From positions 6,486 to 38,485 of the forward strand of contig NC_001732.1 of assembly GCF_000091665.1 (NCBI RefSeq): a stretch of DNA of 32,000 nucleotides, read 5' to 3'. Made by a program: the position numbers and the translations under genes. The stretch is from Methanocaldococcus jannaschii DSM 2661. Lineage in GTDB: Archaea > AGJL01 > Methanococci > Methanococcales > Methanocaldococcaceae. Positions 1 to 8,961 of this stretch are shown one piece after another (within the stretch, counting starts at the first letter, position 1; each line of letters starts with the position of its first letter). The notes below the pieces were generated by a model that worked only from the letters and a program-made list of their open reading frames with translations, was not told the DNA's origin and searched no databases.

Positions 1-903
1 CCTACATCTTGTTCCATCATAATACTCGATATAGATTCTTTTTTTATCTTCAGAATTTGCAATTTTATCAGCACACTCTACAAGTTTTTCTTCAATTTTT
101 TTCAAATATTCCAACCCAGAAATTTGTTTTTTATTCTCCTTACACTCATATTTTACAGTAAGTGCAGCATATACTAAAAATGACTTTTGAACTGAAGAAT
201 TCTCACCAATACCAAGTAATTTTGCCAAATGCTCTTCAGGAACCAATATTGGATTCAATTTTGCAGGTAGAATATGAGTATTCCTCATTTTCACGTATTC
301 TCCATGCGGATCAACTATTACAATATTCATTTTTCCCTTATCCTTTTCAAACAATTCTTGGACTAACACGGCTATAGTATTTGATTTTCCAGCCCCAGTC
401 ATTGCCAATACAGCAAAATGCCTTGAACAAAGCTCTTTTGCATTTAATTTCACTTTTGTTGAAGACCTTACCTTTAAATAACCTACTTCAATACTACCAT
501 TTGAAAATATTTTAGCTAACAAATCATCCTTAGTCAAATAAACATTCTGAGGCACATTTATTGGATATACGTTAGATTCAATACTTCCACTTTCATTATT
601 AATTACTCCCAAAATTTTTGCACTCGCTAAAAATTTAGAAGAATTATTTAACATTTCTTCAGAATATATAACACCCCTAATCTTAGCTAACTCACTAGCA
701 TCTTCCGATTTATCACCAATTAGAGCATTAACAGAAACAATCTTGGTAATTTTTGAAAGAAGATAGTCCCCATGTGTATTTTTTGTAATGACAAACTCTC
801 CCTTCTTAATCTTGTCAATAACCTGGTTCTCAATTACAAACTCAAATTCATTAACATTTTTTGAAGCTACAACAGTCCCAACAACTACACTGTTTATAAC
901 CAT
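1..903 (-). CDS. HerA/DUF87-type ATPase, N-terminal 301 codons; the rest lies beyond the left window edge
   Basis: Own translation of the minus strand from ATG (reverse complement of 901-903): MVINSVVVGTVVASKNVNEFEF... Walker A RHFAVLAMTGAGKSNT (about nt 379-405) is followed by NIVIVDPHGEY, the HerA-type motif pair. The frame stays open to nt 1. It is absent from the ORF track because no stop lies in the window. Confidence 0.8.
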   Translation of the reverse strand, partial: MVINSVVVGTVVASKNVNEFEFVIENQVIDKIKKGEFVITKNTHGDYLLSKITKIVSVNALIGDKSEDASELAKIRGVIYSEEMLNNSSKFLASAKILGVINNESGSIESNVYPINVPQNVYLTKDDLLAKIFSNGSIEVGYLKVRSSTKVKLNAKELCSRHFAVLAMTGAGKSNTIAVLVQELFEKDKGKMNIVIVDPHGEYVKMRNTHILPAKLNPILVPEEHLAKLLGIGENSSVQKSFLVYAALTVKYECKENKKQISGLEYLKKIEEKLVECADKIANSEDKKRIYIEYYDGTRCR

Positions 904-935
904 CACCCAACTGTTGTGCGTTTGTCTGCGTTAGT

Positions 936-961
936 ATGTATATACAAACTTCTATATATAC
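936..961. promoter_or_regulatory. Divergent promoter region with two TATA-like boxes between the HerA-like and AbrB-like genes
   Basis: atgtatatac (936-945) and ctatatatac (952-961) lie in the 142-nt gap between divergent starts at 903 and 1046. Assignment rests only on resemblance to archaeal TATA boxes. Confidence 0.3.
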
Positions 962-1045
962 TTTTCGATATCTAATAGTGCAGAATAAAGTTTAATAGTA
1001 CCTAAGGATTCTAGTATTATCATAGCCATAAAACAGGGTGAATGT

Positions 1046-1255
1046 ATGAAAGTGTATGATATTAGAAAAATACAAAAGCGTGTTACAAAATCCAGAGGAA
1101 AAACCTACTATACCTATTATATTAACCTCCCAGCTGAATGGATTGAAGATGCAAATTTAAAAGAAGGAGATAAAGTTGAGATATCTGGAGATAAAGATAA
1201 GCTATGTTTAAAAGTCGTGTATAGACAAAAAGATGAAAATAATAAAAAACAATAA
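1046..1255 (+). CDS. AbrB/MazE/SpoVT-fold small DNA-binding protein (regulator or antitoxin-like)
   Basis: GGGTGA lies 4 nt before the ATG. YYINLPAEWIEDANLKEGDKVEISGDKDKLCLKV matches the swapped-hairpin pattern (IPk..ve.lglkeGD.v.i..d.d.i.i). Confidence 0.65.
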   Translation: MKVYDIRKIQKRVTKSRGKTYYTYYINLPAEWIEDANLKEGDKVEISGDKDKLCLKVVYRQKDENNKKQ

Positions 1256-1294
1256 AATAAGCATACACATCAACATTAAAGGGTGAAAATATGA

Positions 1295-1621
1295 ATGAAT
1301 TATATGAAATTTATGTGGAATTCAGAAGATGGGTTTATTGTTGAAGAACAACATAAAGAAGAAATTCCATTTGAAGACTGGATTGTCAACACCGTAGAAC
1401 AACTTAAAAATTTACAATATACTAGATATACTTTTGAAGAACTTACCCCCAAGACAAAAAATTTAGAAGCATACAACAAATTATTGGAAATCTTAAAAAA
1501 ACATACAAATATGGACATAGAAAATAACGTAAAAAGAATTTATCATTGCATTGCTGAAAATAATAACTACAAATATGAAATTGCCTTTTATATAGTAATA
1601 AGTAAAAATTGGAATGAATAA
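1295..1621 (+). CDS. Hypothetical protein, 108 aa, second gene of the operon
   Basis: Long ORF on the operon strand, 39 nt after the AbrB-like gene, with GGGTGA upstream. No motif recognised. Confidence 0.5.
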   Translation: MNYMKFMWNSEDGFIVEEQHKEEIPFEDWIVNTVEQLKNLQYTRYTFEELTPKTKNLEAYNKLLEILKKHTNMDIENNVKRIYHCIAENNNYKYEIAFYIVISKNWNE

Positions 1622-1672
1622 AGAAACATAAAAACCAATTCTATGCATATCCATTTATTTAGGTGTCAATGT

Positions 1673-2677
1673 ATGATTGAAACCATCCACATCAAAAATT
1701 TTAGAGGTATTAGAGAGCTTAAATTGGAAAATTTGGGACAGATAAATATAATTGCTGGGAAGAATAATGCTTCAAAATCAAGTATCTTAGAAGCTTTGGC
1801 ATTGTTTTTAAGTGCAAAGGAGGGGTTTTCATTATTTATAAAAATTTTAAGGGAGATATTACTTTGGAGAGGATGGTATGGTGAAAAAAGTATTTATGAT
1901 TTGTTCTATAAAAATTCTAAAGAACTTGAAGTAAGTGTTAAGTTCTTAAATCAAGATTTTGCAAATTTAACCCTAAAAAATTCTAATCAAAGTTTTGCAA
2001 ATAAAAATATTGCAGTAGAACTTAAATCTGATAAAAATTCTTGGAGTGGACGTTTTGATTCACATTTAATACATCCAGATTATATATCATCAATATTAAC
2101 CTCTGCAGAGGCTACACAAAGTAATTTTGAATTTATAACATCCTTAACATTAATAAAGTTTGGATATATTGAGAGCATATACTCTCAAGCCTATGAGACT
2201 CAAGTTTTACAGGATGCTATAAGATTGCTTAGAGAAGCATACCCAGAAGTTAAAAGTCTAAGCCCTCTCCAAAAGTATAACAAGTGGATAATTCATGTTT
2301 AAACTGAATATGGAGTTTATCCATACTATGTAATGGGAGAAGGGTTTAAAAGTGCTTTAATAATTGCATTATTAACCTCTATACTAAAAAATGGTTATCT
2401 TTTGATAGATTCAGCTGAAGCCTTTCATCACCCCTCCTCACTTGAAATTACTTCACAAATGCTTACAAAATCTGTAAAGAATAATAACGTTCAAGTATTT
2501 TTAACCACTCACAGCCTTGAATTGATAGACTTCCTCCTTGAACATGCCAGTAAAGAAGGTATAGAGGGCAGATTAATCTACATGCGTAGAGATGGGGAAA
2601 ATTTAATTAGCAGTATGGAATCCTTTGAAAATGTTAGGGAAATGAGAGAAACTCTCGGAATTGATTTAAGGGGGTAA
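1673..2677 (+). pseudogene. ABC/OLD-type (RecF/SMC-like) ATPase interrupted by an in-frame TAA at 2300-2302
   Basis: ORFs 1643..2302 and 2333..2677 share one frame and are separated only by TAA. The likely start is ATG 1673 (AGGTG upstream). N-terminal half: IKNFRGIRELKLENLGQINIIAGKNNASKSSILEAL. C-terminal half: GEGFKSALIIALL, LLIDSAEAFHHP, VFLTTHSLE. Confidence 0.7.
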
Positions 2678-2679
2678 TC

Positions 2680-3405
2680 ATGAGGATTTTATTACTTGAG
2701 GGAATTACGGATGTTGCATTCTTCATTCCAATATTAAAGAAATTATATGGTTTTTCAGAAATTAGTTGTGATGGTATTATTAGAGCAGAAAAAATGGGAG
2801 ATATATCAAAACCAATATGTTTAGAGAATGAAGATGTTAAGTTGATAGTTTTCCACTCTGGAGGAAAATCAAAACAAAAACATGCTTTGACAGCAATGCT
2901 TACGGCTATTAAAATGGGTTATTTATCTAATATTAAAATCTTGGGCATTGCAAGGGATATAGACCAAGAGCATGATGTCAAAAACTGGACAAAGAGTATA
3001 ATAAAAAATGCTGGATTTGAAGTTAAAGAGGGTGACAAATTTTTGATTATAGAGGATTTAAACTTAAAAATAGCTGTTTTGGGTATTGCTAATTATGATG
3101 AGGATGATTTTAACATCCCATCATTTGAACTAAAAAGAGAACTCGAGGCAGTAATTACTGATATGGCTAAAGAAATCAGCATCATAGAAAAATTCAAAAA
3201 CTCTTTAGAATCATTAAGTAACGATGCTGAAAGAAGATTAAAGCCAAAAGACATAACGCACGTTTTAGCCATTGCTAAAAATTTTGACGGAGACTCCATG
3301 TCTGGCTTATATAGGAAATTTATTGAAGAGCAGATAAATAATAAAAATAAAGTGAACTTTTTATTAACACTAATATGTATTCTACCATGCCTCACCATCT
3401 TTTAA
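2680..3405 (+). CDS. Toprim-like protein (OLD/AriB/RloB-like nuclease partner of the ATPase)
   Basis: The start lies 2 nt after the ATPase stop, with GGGGGT upstream. MRILLLEGITDVAFF supplies the conserved Glu and ILGIARDIDQEHD about 85 residues later supplies the DxD, which is Toprim spacing. Confidence 0.55.
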   Translation: MRILLLEGITDVAFFIPILKKLYGFSEISCDGIIRAEKMGDISKPICLENEDVKLIVFHSGGKSKQKHALTAMLTAIKMGYLSNIKILGIARDIDQEHDVKNWTKSIIKNAGFEVKEGDKFLIIEDLNLKIAVLGIANYDEDDFNIPSFELKRELEAVITDMAKEISIIEKFKNSLESLSNDAERRLKPKDITHVLAIAKNFDGDSMSGLYRKFIEEQINNKNKVNFLLTLICILPCLTIF

Positions 3406-3674
3406 CTCTTTTAAACATTTTGATAAAGATTTATGACATCTTTTACATCCTTTACTTCGACAACATCCTCCTCAATCTTAAAAATCTGCACAATTACCTC
3501 AATGTTCAATATTTGGACTTTTATTTTTTGAGATTCCTAAAAAAACTCTAAGGATTGTGCTTATTTTAAAAACACTAACAGGGTGAAAATAAAAAGTTGC
3601 AACTAAAAATAAGGAATGTTTTATTAGAATATTTAAAATTAAATAAACACGTTTTGAGAGTTTGTAATCTAACA

Positions 3675-3700
3675 GTGAATTGACTTCAAAGTCAATTCAC
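3675..3700. repeat. Palindrome family copy P1 (GTGAATTGACTT-CA-AAGTCAATTCAC)
   Basis: Perfect 12+12 nt inverted arms around a CA centre, read directly. Confidence 0.95.
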
Positions 3701-3767
3701 AAAAAAGACTCTCCATTTAGAATTACATTATAAAAGTCTCTAAAAATAGTGATATGATAAAATAAAC

Positions 3768-3887
3768 TTATTTAACTTTTACTGTTTTCTTTTGCATGTT
3801 TTTGCTAAGTCGGCAGTTTCTTTATCTATTTCCAAAGCTAAATTCTCTAATATCCTCAAGCAAAGTATTCTGCTGCAGCCCTACTAG
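3768..3887 (-). pseudogene. Internally deleted relic of an archaeal histone gene
   Basis: Aligns by eye to the intact histone gene at 29732-29935 (ttattt...aacttttactgtttt...gtattctgctgcagccctacta). About 24 nt near the 3' end and the whole 5' third are missing. The upstream block ttaaaacctacaaaaatattac is retained at 3896-3932. Confidence 0.6.
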
Positions 3888-4201
3888 CTTATTCATTAAA
3901 ACCTACAAAAATATTACCATTTTTGCATATATGCTGGATAAAAGTTGCTCTATCACTTAAAAGTTGCAGTTTTTTAATTGAAAGTTTTAAAGTTCTGATA
4001 ATAGAAATTCAAACATTAAAAATAGTATGTTGGATAAAACCATATAAAAACTATTTTTCCATTGAAATCACAATTTTTTCATGATACACAAAAGTTTAAA
4101 TACTTTTGTTTTGATAAAATTTTGAAAAAAATATTTATACTCGAAATTTTAAAGAAATAAGTATGTATAATCTCAGTTAAAAATTACTGAGGGTGATAAA
4201 T

Positions 4202-6001
4202 ATGTGTTATAATTTTGAAAATGTTAAAAAAGCTTATGAGGATCAACTTAAAAACTATATAAAAAATAGTTTAATTCCTAACCTCTCCTCACATGCAAAT
4301 AATGAAGTAGTTAAAATTTCAATGAAAAAACTGGCTAACTTGGGTTTTGGATATTTAGTGGATAGTACATTATCAAGTATAACTGGATATTATAAAGTTA
4401 GAGATTGGATTGAAGAATTATTAAAAGAGGAATTACAGAAATCTGGAGAAAATAAATGTTGTAATATAGTATTATGTGATTATCCAGAAGAGTTTGAGAT
4501 TAGCATGAGGGAAATTCCTTATTATGTTAATAAGGTTGTAAAATTTAATGGTGTTATTATTTCAGCATCATATCCTTGTGTTCTTTCTAAAAAACACTTA
4601 TATATATGCCCTAAATGTGGAAGGATAAAAGAAGTTTATTTTAGTGAATTATTTTGGGATGATAAGGTTTTTTGTGAATTTTGTGGAGGAAAGATGGAAT
4701 TTGCAAATGTGATGGATTATGAAAATTTTCAGGAATTAGTAGTCCAAGATTTATCTGATGAGAGTGAGTATTATGGTATTGAAAAAAACCCAATAGTTTG
4801 GTACTGTGGTGCAAAACCATATTATTTTGGACATGTGAAAATTACGGGAATTGTAAGGGAAGTTCCCAGAAGCTCAAAAAGTCGTATTTATGAGTTGATA
4901 GTTCAAGCTATAAATGTTGAAAAATTGGGAGTTGAAAAATCTCTAATAAATTTAACTGAAGAAGATGTTAAAAATATTAAGAAAGTTGCAAAGAGGGGAG
5001 ATATTATTGACATATTGGCTGATATATTGATCCCACCACTCCTCTGTGATGATGCGATTGTTAGAAAAGCCATACTTATACAGCAAATAGCCCCATATTT
5101 AGAGGACATAGGCAAGATTAACATTCTACTAGTAACGGAAGTTGGTATTGACAAGACAGCCATTCTAAAGAGAATTGGGAATATTCCTGGAAATAATTTT
5201 ATAAACATAGCGGCGTTGAAGGAGGAGGAATTAGCCACACCTTATGATAAAAGAAGTAATATACTGGGAAAATTTTATACTGTATGTGGAGGTGTAATTC
5301 CAAGGACTCTTGGAGTATTATGTATTGATGATTTTAACGAGAACAATAAATTAAGTACAAAATTATCTGAAGCTTTTGAGAGGAATGTTCTTACAACTAA
5401 TAAGGGTTCATTTTATTGCGTTCCCGCTGAGTGTAGTTTCTTATGTGCATGCTATCCTAAAACGAAATTTAGAAAGTTTGATCAAAAGAAAAGTATTATA
5501 AAACAGATAGGGATTTCGTCAATTTTATTAAAAAATTTTGATTTAATATTTCCAATTAGGGATATTCCCGACAAGGATAGGGATGAAGAGGTGGCAAAAT
5601 ACATTTTTCTAAAGTATATAAACTCAGATAATGAAGAAATTGAAGGATATGATTATGTATTTGTAGATGTTGGTGGAGAAAAAATAAAAATTGATTTTGA
5701 ATTTTTAAAAAAATATGTTGTTTACTCAAGACAAATAACTCCAAAAATAACTGATGAAGTCATAGAAAAAATTTCAAACTGGTATGATGAAATGAGGAAA
5801 AATCATTATATCACTGCAAAACAATTAAATACTGTTATAAAACTTAGTATAGCAGTAGCAAGGGCAAAATTAAAAGAGTGTGTTGATGAAGATGATGTCA
5901 AAGAGGCAATAGATATAATAATGCACTATTTAAAACAAGTTGTTTATAATCCAAAAAAGGGAATTATTGATGTTATTTTGTTGTATAAAAACAAAACATA
6001 A
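4202..6001 (+). CDS. mcm: MCM-family AAA+ protein with degenerate catalytic motifs
   Basis: GGGTGA lies 5 nt before ATG 4202; the ORF track starts at GTG 4193 inside the RBS. The C4 zinc ribbon is CPKC...CEFC (4607-4684). INILLVTEVGIDKTAILK, GVLCIDDFNE, NVLTTNKGSFYCVPAECSFLCACYP, NFDLIFPIRDIPDKDRDEEVAKYI and ITAKQLNTVIKLSIAVARAKL are colinear with the MCM core. Confidence 0.8.
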   Translation: MCYNFENVKKAYEDQLKNYIKNSLIPNLSSHANNEVVKISMKKLANLGFGYLVDSTLSSITGYYKVRDWIEELLKEELQKSGENKCCNIVLCDYPEEFEISMREIPYYVNKVVKFNGVIISASYPCVLSKKHLYICPKCGRIKEVYFSELFWDDKVFCEFCGGKMEFANVMDYENFQELVVQDLSDESEYYGIEKNPIVWYCGAKPYYFGHVKITGIVREVPRSSKSRIYELIVQAINVEKLGVEKSLINLTEEDVKNIKKVAKRGDIIDILADILIPPLLCDDAIVRKAILIQQIAPYLEDIGKINILLVTEVGIDKTAILKRIGNIPGNNFINIAALKEEELATPYDKRSNILGKFYTVCGGVIPRTLGVLCIDDFNENNKLSTKLSEAFERNVLTTNKGSFYCVPAECSFLCACYPKTKFRKFDQKKSIIKQIGISSILLKNFDLIFPIRDIPDKDRDEEVAKYIFLKYINSDNEEIEGYDYVFVDVGGEKIKIDFEFLKKYVVYSRQITPKITDEVIEKISNWYDEMRKNHYITAKQLNTVIKLSIAVARAKLKECVDEDDVKEAIDIIMHYLKQVVYNPKKGIIDVILLYKNKT

Positions 6002-6028
6002 AAAGTATAGGAGATAAAAATTGGAGAT

Positions 6029-6067
6029 ACATTTTTAATCTGGAATGCCATAAAGAAAGTATTGTAA
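6029..6067 (+). pseudogene. Relic of the 3' end of an 'archaeal ATPase' paralogue
   Basis: Translates TFLIWNAIKKVL*, compared with the ends of the intact paralogues ([24 protein letters not shown]...). It is followed by a stretch resembling the vapC 3' end (ttcttttcaaatcaaaatt). Confidence 0.5.
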
Positions 6068-6215
6068 ATTAACAATGCTCCAGCCTCTTTATTCTTTTCA
6101 AATCAAAATTATAACATTCTAAAGCTTTATTATATTCTTTAAACAGAGACAAAGAAGTCATCTAATTTGTATAATAATCCAGTATCAAGGGAATTTTTAT
6201 TGATTTAGAGTTGGT

Positions 6216-7454
6216 CTATTTGAGTACTTTTAATATTGTCTTTTGTTCTTCGTTAGTAATGTTTTCTAAAATCTTTTTTATCAATTCTTTTTCTTCATTT
6301 TCAACTTCAAAATACATATTACTAAGAATATATACAAAATCTTCTAAGAGTTTTGAATTTTTTTGGCTAATTTTGTATATAGATTTTAGAATAATATCTC
6401 TATGTATATGAATGTTTAGTAAATCGTGTAAAAAAGAAATATCATTGTAAGCTAACACGTAATTGCATATTACATTTATAAGTTGGTTGTACATTGTTTT
6501 TGAAATTCTCCCACTGTTTAAAAGATTTATTACTATATTTTTAATAGTCCATGATGGATGATCTATAAAAAAACTTAAAGCTTTGGCTTTGATACTAAAA
6601 CTATCATCATATATCATTTTTGCAATTTTTAGCTGTATAAGTTCTTTAGATTCTTTGTCAATATCCTGCAAACTAAGATATTTTCTAGCAAGTTCAATAT
6701 ATACAATTTTTGCTTCAAAATTATAGCCTAAGTCAATATTATTACTTTTTTGAAGAATGTCTAAATTATACTCTTCTCGTAAAGTTTTTGTAGAAATATT
6801 GTTTTTTAGGCAAATATTACAGATTGTGTTAAGAATTTCTAGTGATAATACTTTAAAACGTTCACGTGTTGCAAAAGTGTTACAAAACTTTTTGTATTCC
6901 TCTAAACGATAATATTCATTAATTAATAACTCTAGGTGCTCTTTTTCTGCAAAGCTTGTAAATACTCTCAATATTAGAATCCTATATGTTAAATCTTTTA
7001 AAACATCAACTTCAAAAATCTCTTCATTATCAATTTTTAGATATTGTGATGTAATTATTTTAATTATTTTCTTTATGGAATATTTTCTTAGTTCTACATC
7101 CTTTTCTATAATTCTCCTAAGCTCTAGCATTGCTTGAACTTTAAGACCTCTATGGGCATATTTTAAAAACTTGAATAATGCATCTACTTTCTTTTCTGAG
7201 TTTTCTTTTAGTAATATAAGTCCTAAAATAACTCGTTGTATTTCCACACCATACTTATGCACATAATGACTGTTAGGATGAGTTTTAGATCTAATTATTG
7301 TCCTATGTGGTTTTATAAATTCTATAAAATCATCATATATTTTATCTGGAATAAAGATACTCTCCTTCAATAAAACTCTAAAAATTTGACGAGAATCAAT
7401 GCCAAGTTTAGATTTTTTGAGCTGGGCTATAACCCCATCATAATCTAACTTCAC
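6216..7454 (-). CDS. Hypothetical protein, 412 aa, predicted helical, no motif recognised
   Basis: Long ORF with a GTG start preceded by GGTGGG. Convergent with the MCM-like gene. Confidence 0.6.
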   Translation of the reverse strand: MKLDYDGVIAQLKKSKLGIDSRQIFRVLLKESIFIPDKIYDDFIEFIKPHRTIIRSKTHPNSHYVHKYGVEIQRVILGLILLKENSEKKVDALFKFLKYAHRGLKVQAMLELRRIIEKDVELRKYSIKKIIKIITSQYLKIDNEEIFEVDVLKDLTYRILILRVFTSFAEKEHLELLINEYYRLEEYKKFCNTFATRERFKVLSLEILNTICNICLKNNISTKTLREEYNLDILQKSNNIDLGYNFEAKIVYIELARKYLSLQDIDKESKELIQLKIAKMIYDDSFSIKAKALSFFIDHPSWTIKNIVINLLNSGRISKTMYNQLINVICNYVLAYNDISFLHDLLNIHIHRDIILKSIYKISQKNSKLLEDFVYILSNMYFEVENEEKELIKKILENITNEEQKTILKVLK

Positions 7455-7840
7455 AATCCCACCATAAGTAGTTCCAACTTATAGTGATTTATTAGTTTAT
7501 TTTACGAAGAATATCGAACTTAATATAAATGAACGAAACTCTCCCCTCCCATAAAGAACGTTTAAAACCTTTCATTTATCATCAACAATCGTTATTTAAA
7601 TCTACTATTATTTAGAAAATCAGTTAGAGGATACTTTTAATATTCCATTCAAACATTGAAAATAATCATTTCAAACAATTCTCCCATTTATGGCTGCTAT
7701 TACAAGCCCATATTTTAATATTCTGCTAACAATATTATTGATAAAGTTAAACTGTATCTCAAAAAACTAATGGTAAAATTTGAAAATAAAGATACAAACT
7801 TTTAAATAATTTTGTTTTATAATTTTTAATTGGTGGTATT

Positions 7841-8945
7841 ATGAAATTTTTCAACAGGGAGAAAGAGATTAATGAGATACTTCGAATTTTAAATAGAGAG
7901 CCAGACGATATTTATTTTATATATGGACCCTTAAACAGTGGAAAAACTACTTTAATAAATCACATAATAAACAATGAATTAAAAAAATCCAATAAAAAAT
8001 ATGCTGTCTTTTATGTTAATTTCAGAGAGTATGATATTTACATCAATGGATAATTTTGTTGAGGCATTGTTTGAAATAGACGAAAATTCGAAAGAAAAGA
8101 AGATAAAATCATACATAGAGAGTTTTACAAAGGGAGTTAATGATATTATAAACTTATACTATGGGATAAAGATTCCAGAGCCAATATTGGATAAGTTTTT
8201 TGGAGAAAAAGAAAAGGGGGGATTGGTTTTTAAGTTTATTAGAGATTTATTTATGAGTTTGAATAAGAAGGGAGTTCAGCCAGTATTCATTTTAGATGAA
8301 TTGCAGATGATTAAAGATATTGTTATGAATGGAGGAAAGCCATTATTAAAAAGCTTATTCCAATTTTTGGTTTCTTTAACAAAGGAGAGGCACATAGCAC
8401 ATGTTTTTTGCCTAAGTTCAGATAGTTTGTTTATTGAGTATGTTTATAATGCTGGAGAGTTAGAAGGAAGGGCGAAATATCTATTGGTTGATGATTTTGA
8501 TAAAGAAACTTCCTTAAAATTTATGGACTTTTTAGCAGTAGAAGGAAATATTAACTTAACTAATGAAGATAAAGAGTTAATTTATTCTTATGTTGGGGGA
8601 AAGGCAAAGGACATAAAGTATGTTATTGAAGAAAGTAAGTTTAAAGACTTAAGAGAGGTTTTGGACTTTATGTTAAAAGATGAGGTTTCCAAATTGAGAA
8701 AATTATTGGTTAAGATAAAAACTAAAAAGATTGCAGAAGTTGAGTATGAAAATGTTGTTAAAGCATTAAAATTATTTAAAGACAATTATGAAATCAACGA
8801 ATACCTTATGGACGAGAATACAAAAGAATTCTTAATTAAAAGGAATATCTTATTCTTAAACCCCGTAGAGGAGATTTTAAAGCCACAAAGTTATTTAGTT
8901 TGGAACGCAATAAAAAGAGTATTACAAAATATAAACGATTTTTAA
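7841..8945 (+). pseudogene. 'Archaeal ATPase' family P-loop NTPase, frameshifted near 8030-8045
   Basis: ORF 7841..8053 ([14 protein letters not shown]...GPLNSGKTTL...FYVNFRE) and ORF 8001..8945 (...[17 protein letters not shown]...FILDELQ...) together align end to end with the intact neighbour 8962..10059. The frame changes after FYVNFR at the (ag)3 run. Confidence 0.75.
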
Positions 8946-8961
8946 AATTATTGGTGGGATT

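Noticed and set aside
162-377. 71-aa plus-strand ORF
   Set aside because: It lies entirely antisense inside the well-supported HerA-type gene. It has no RBS and a low-complexity composition.
2300-2302. Selenocysteine or pyrrolysine recoding of the in-frame stop in the ATPase
   Set aside because: The codon is TAA, not TGA or TAG, and I see no SECIS-like structure.
3410-3530. Short minus-strand reading frame (NIEVIVQIFKIEEDVVEVKDVKDVINLYQNV*)
   Set aside because: It looks protein-like but is only about 32 codons, with no ATG or RBS. At best it is a gene relic, and I could not match it to anything in the window.
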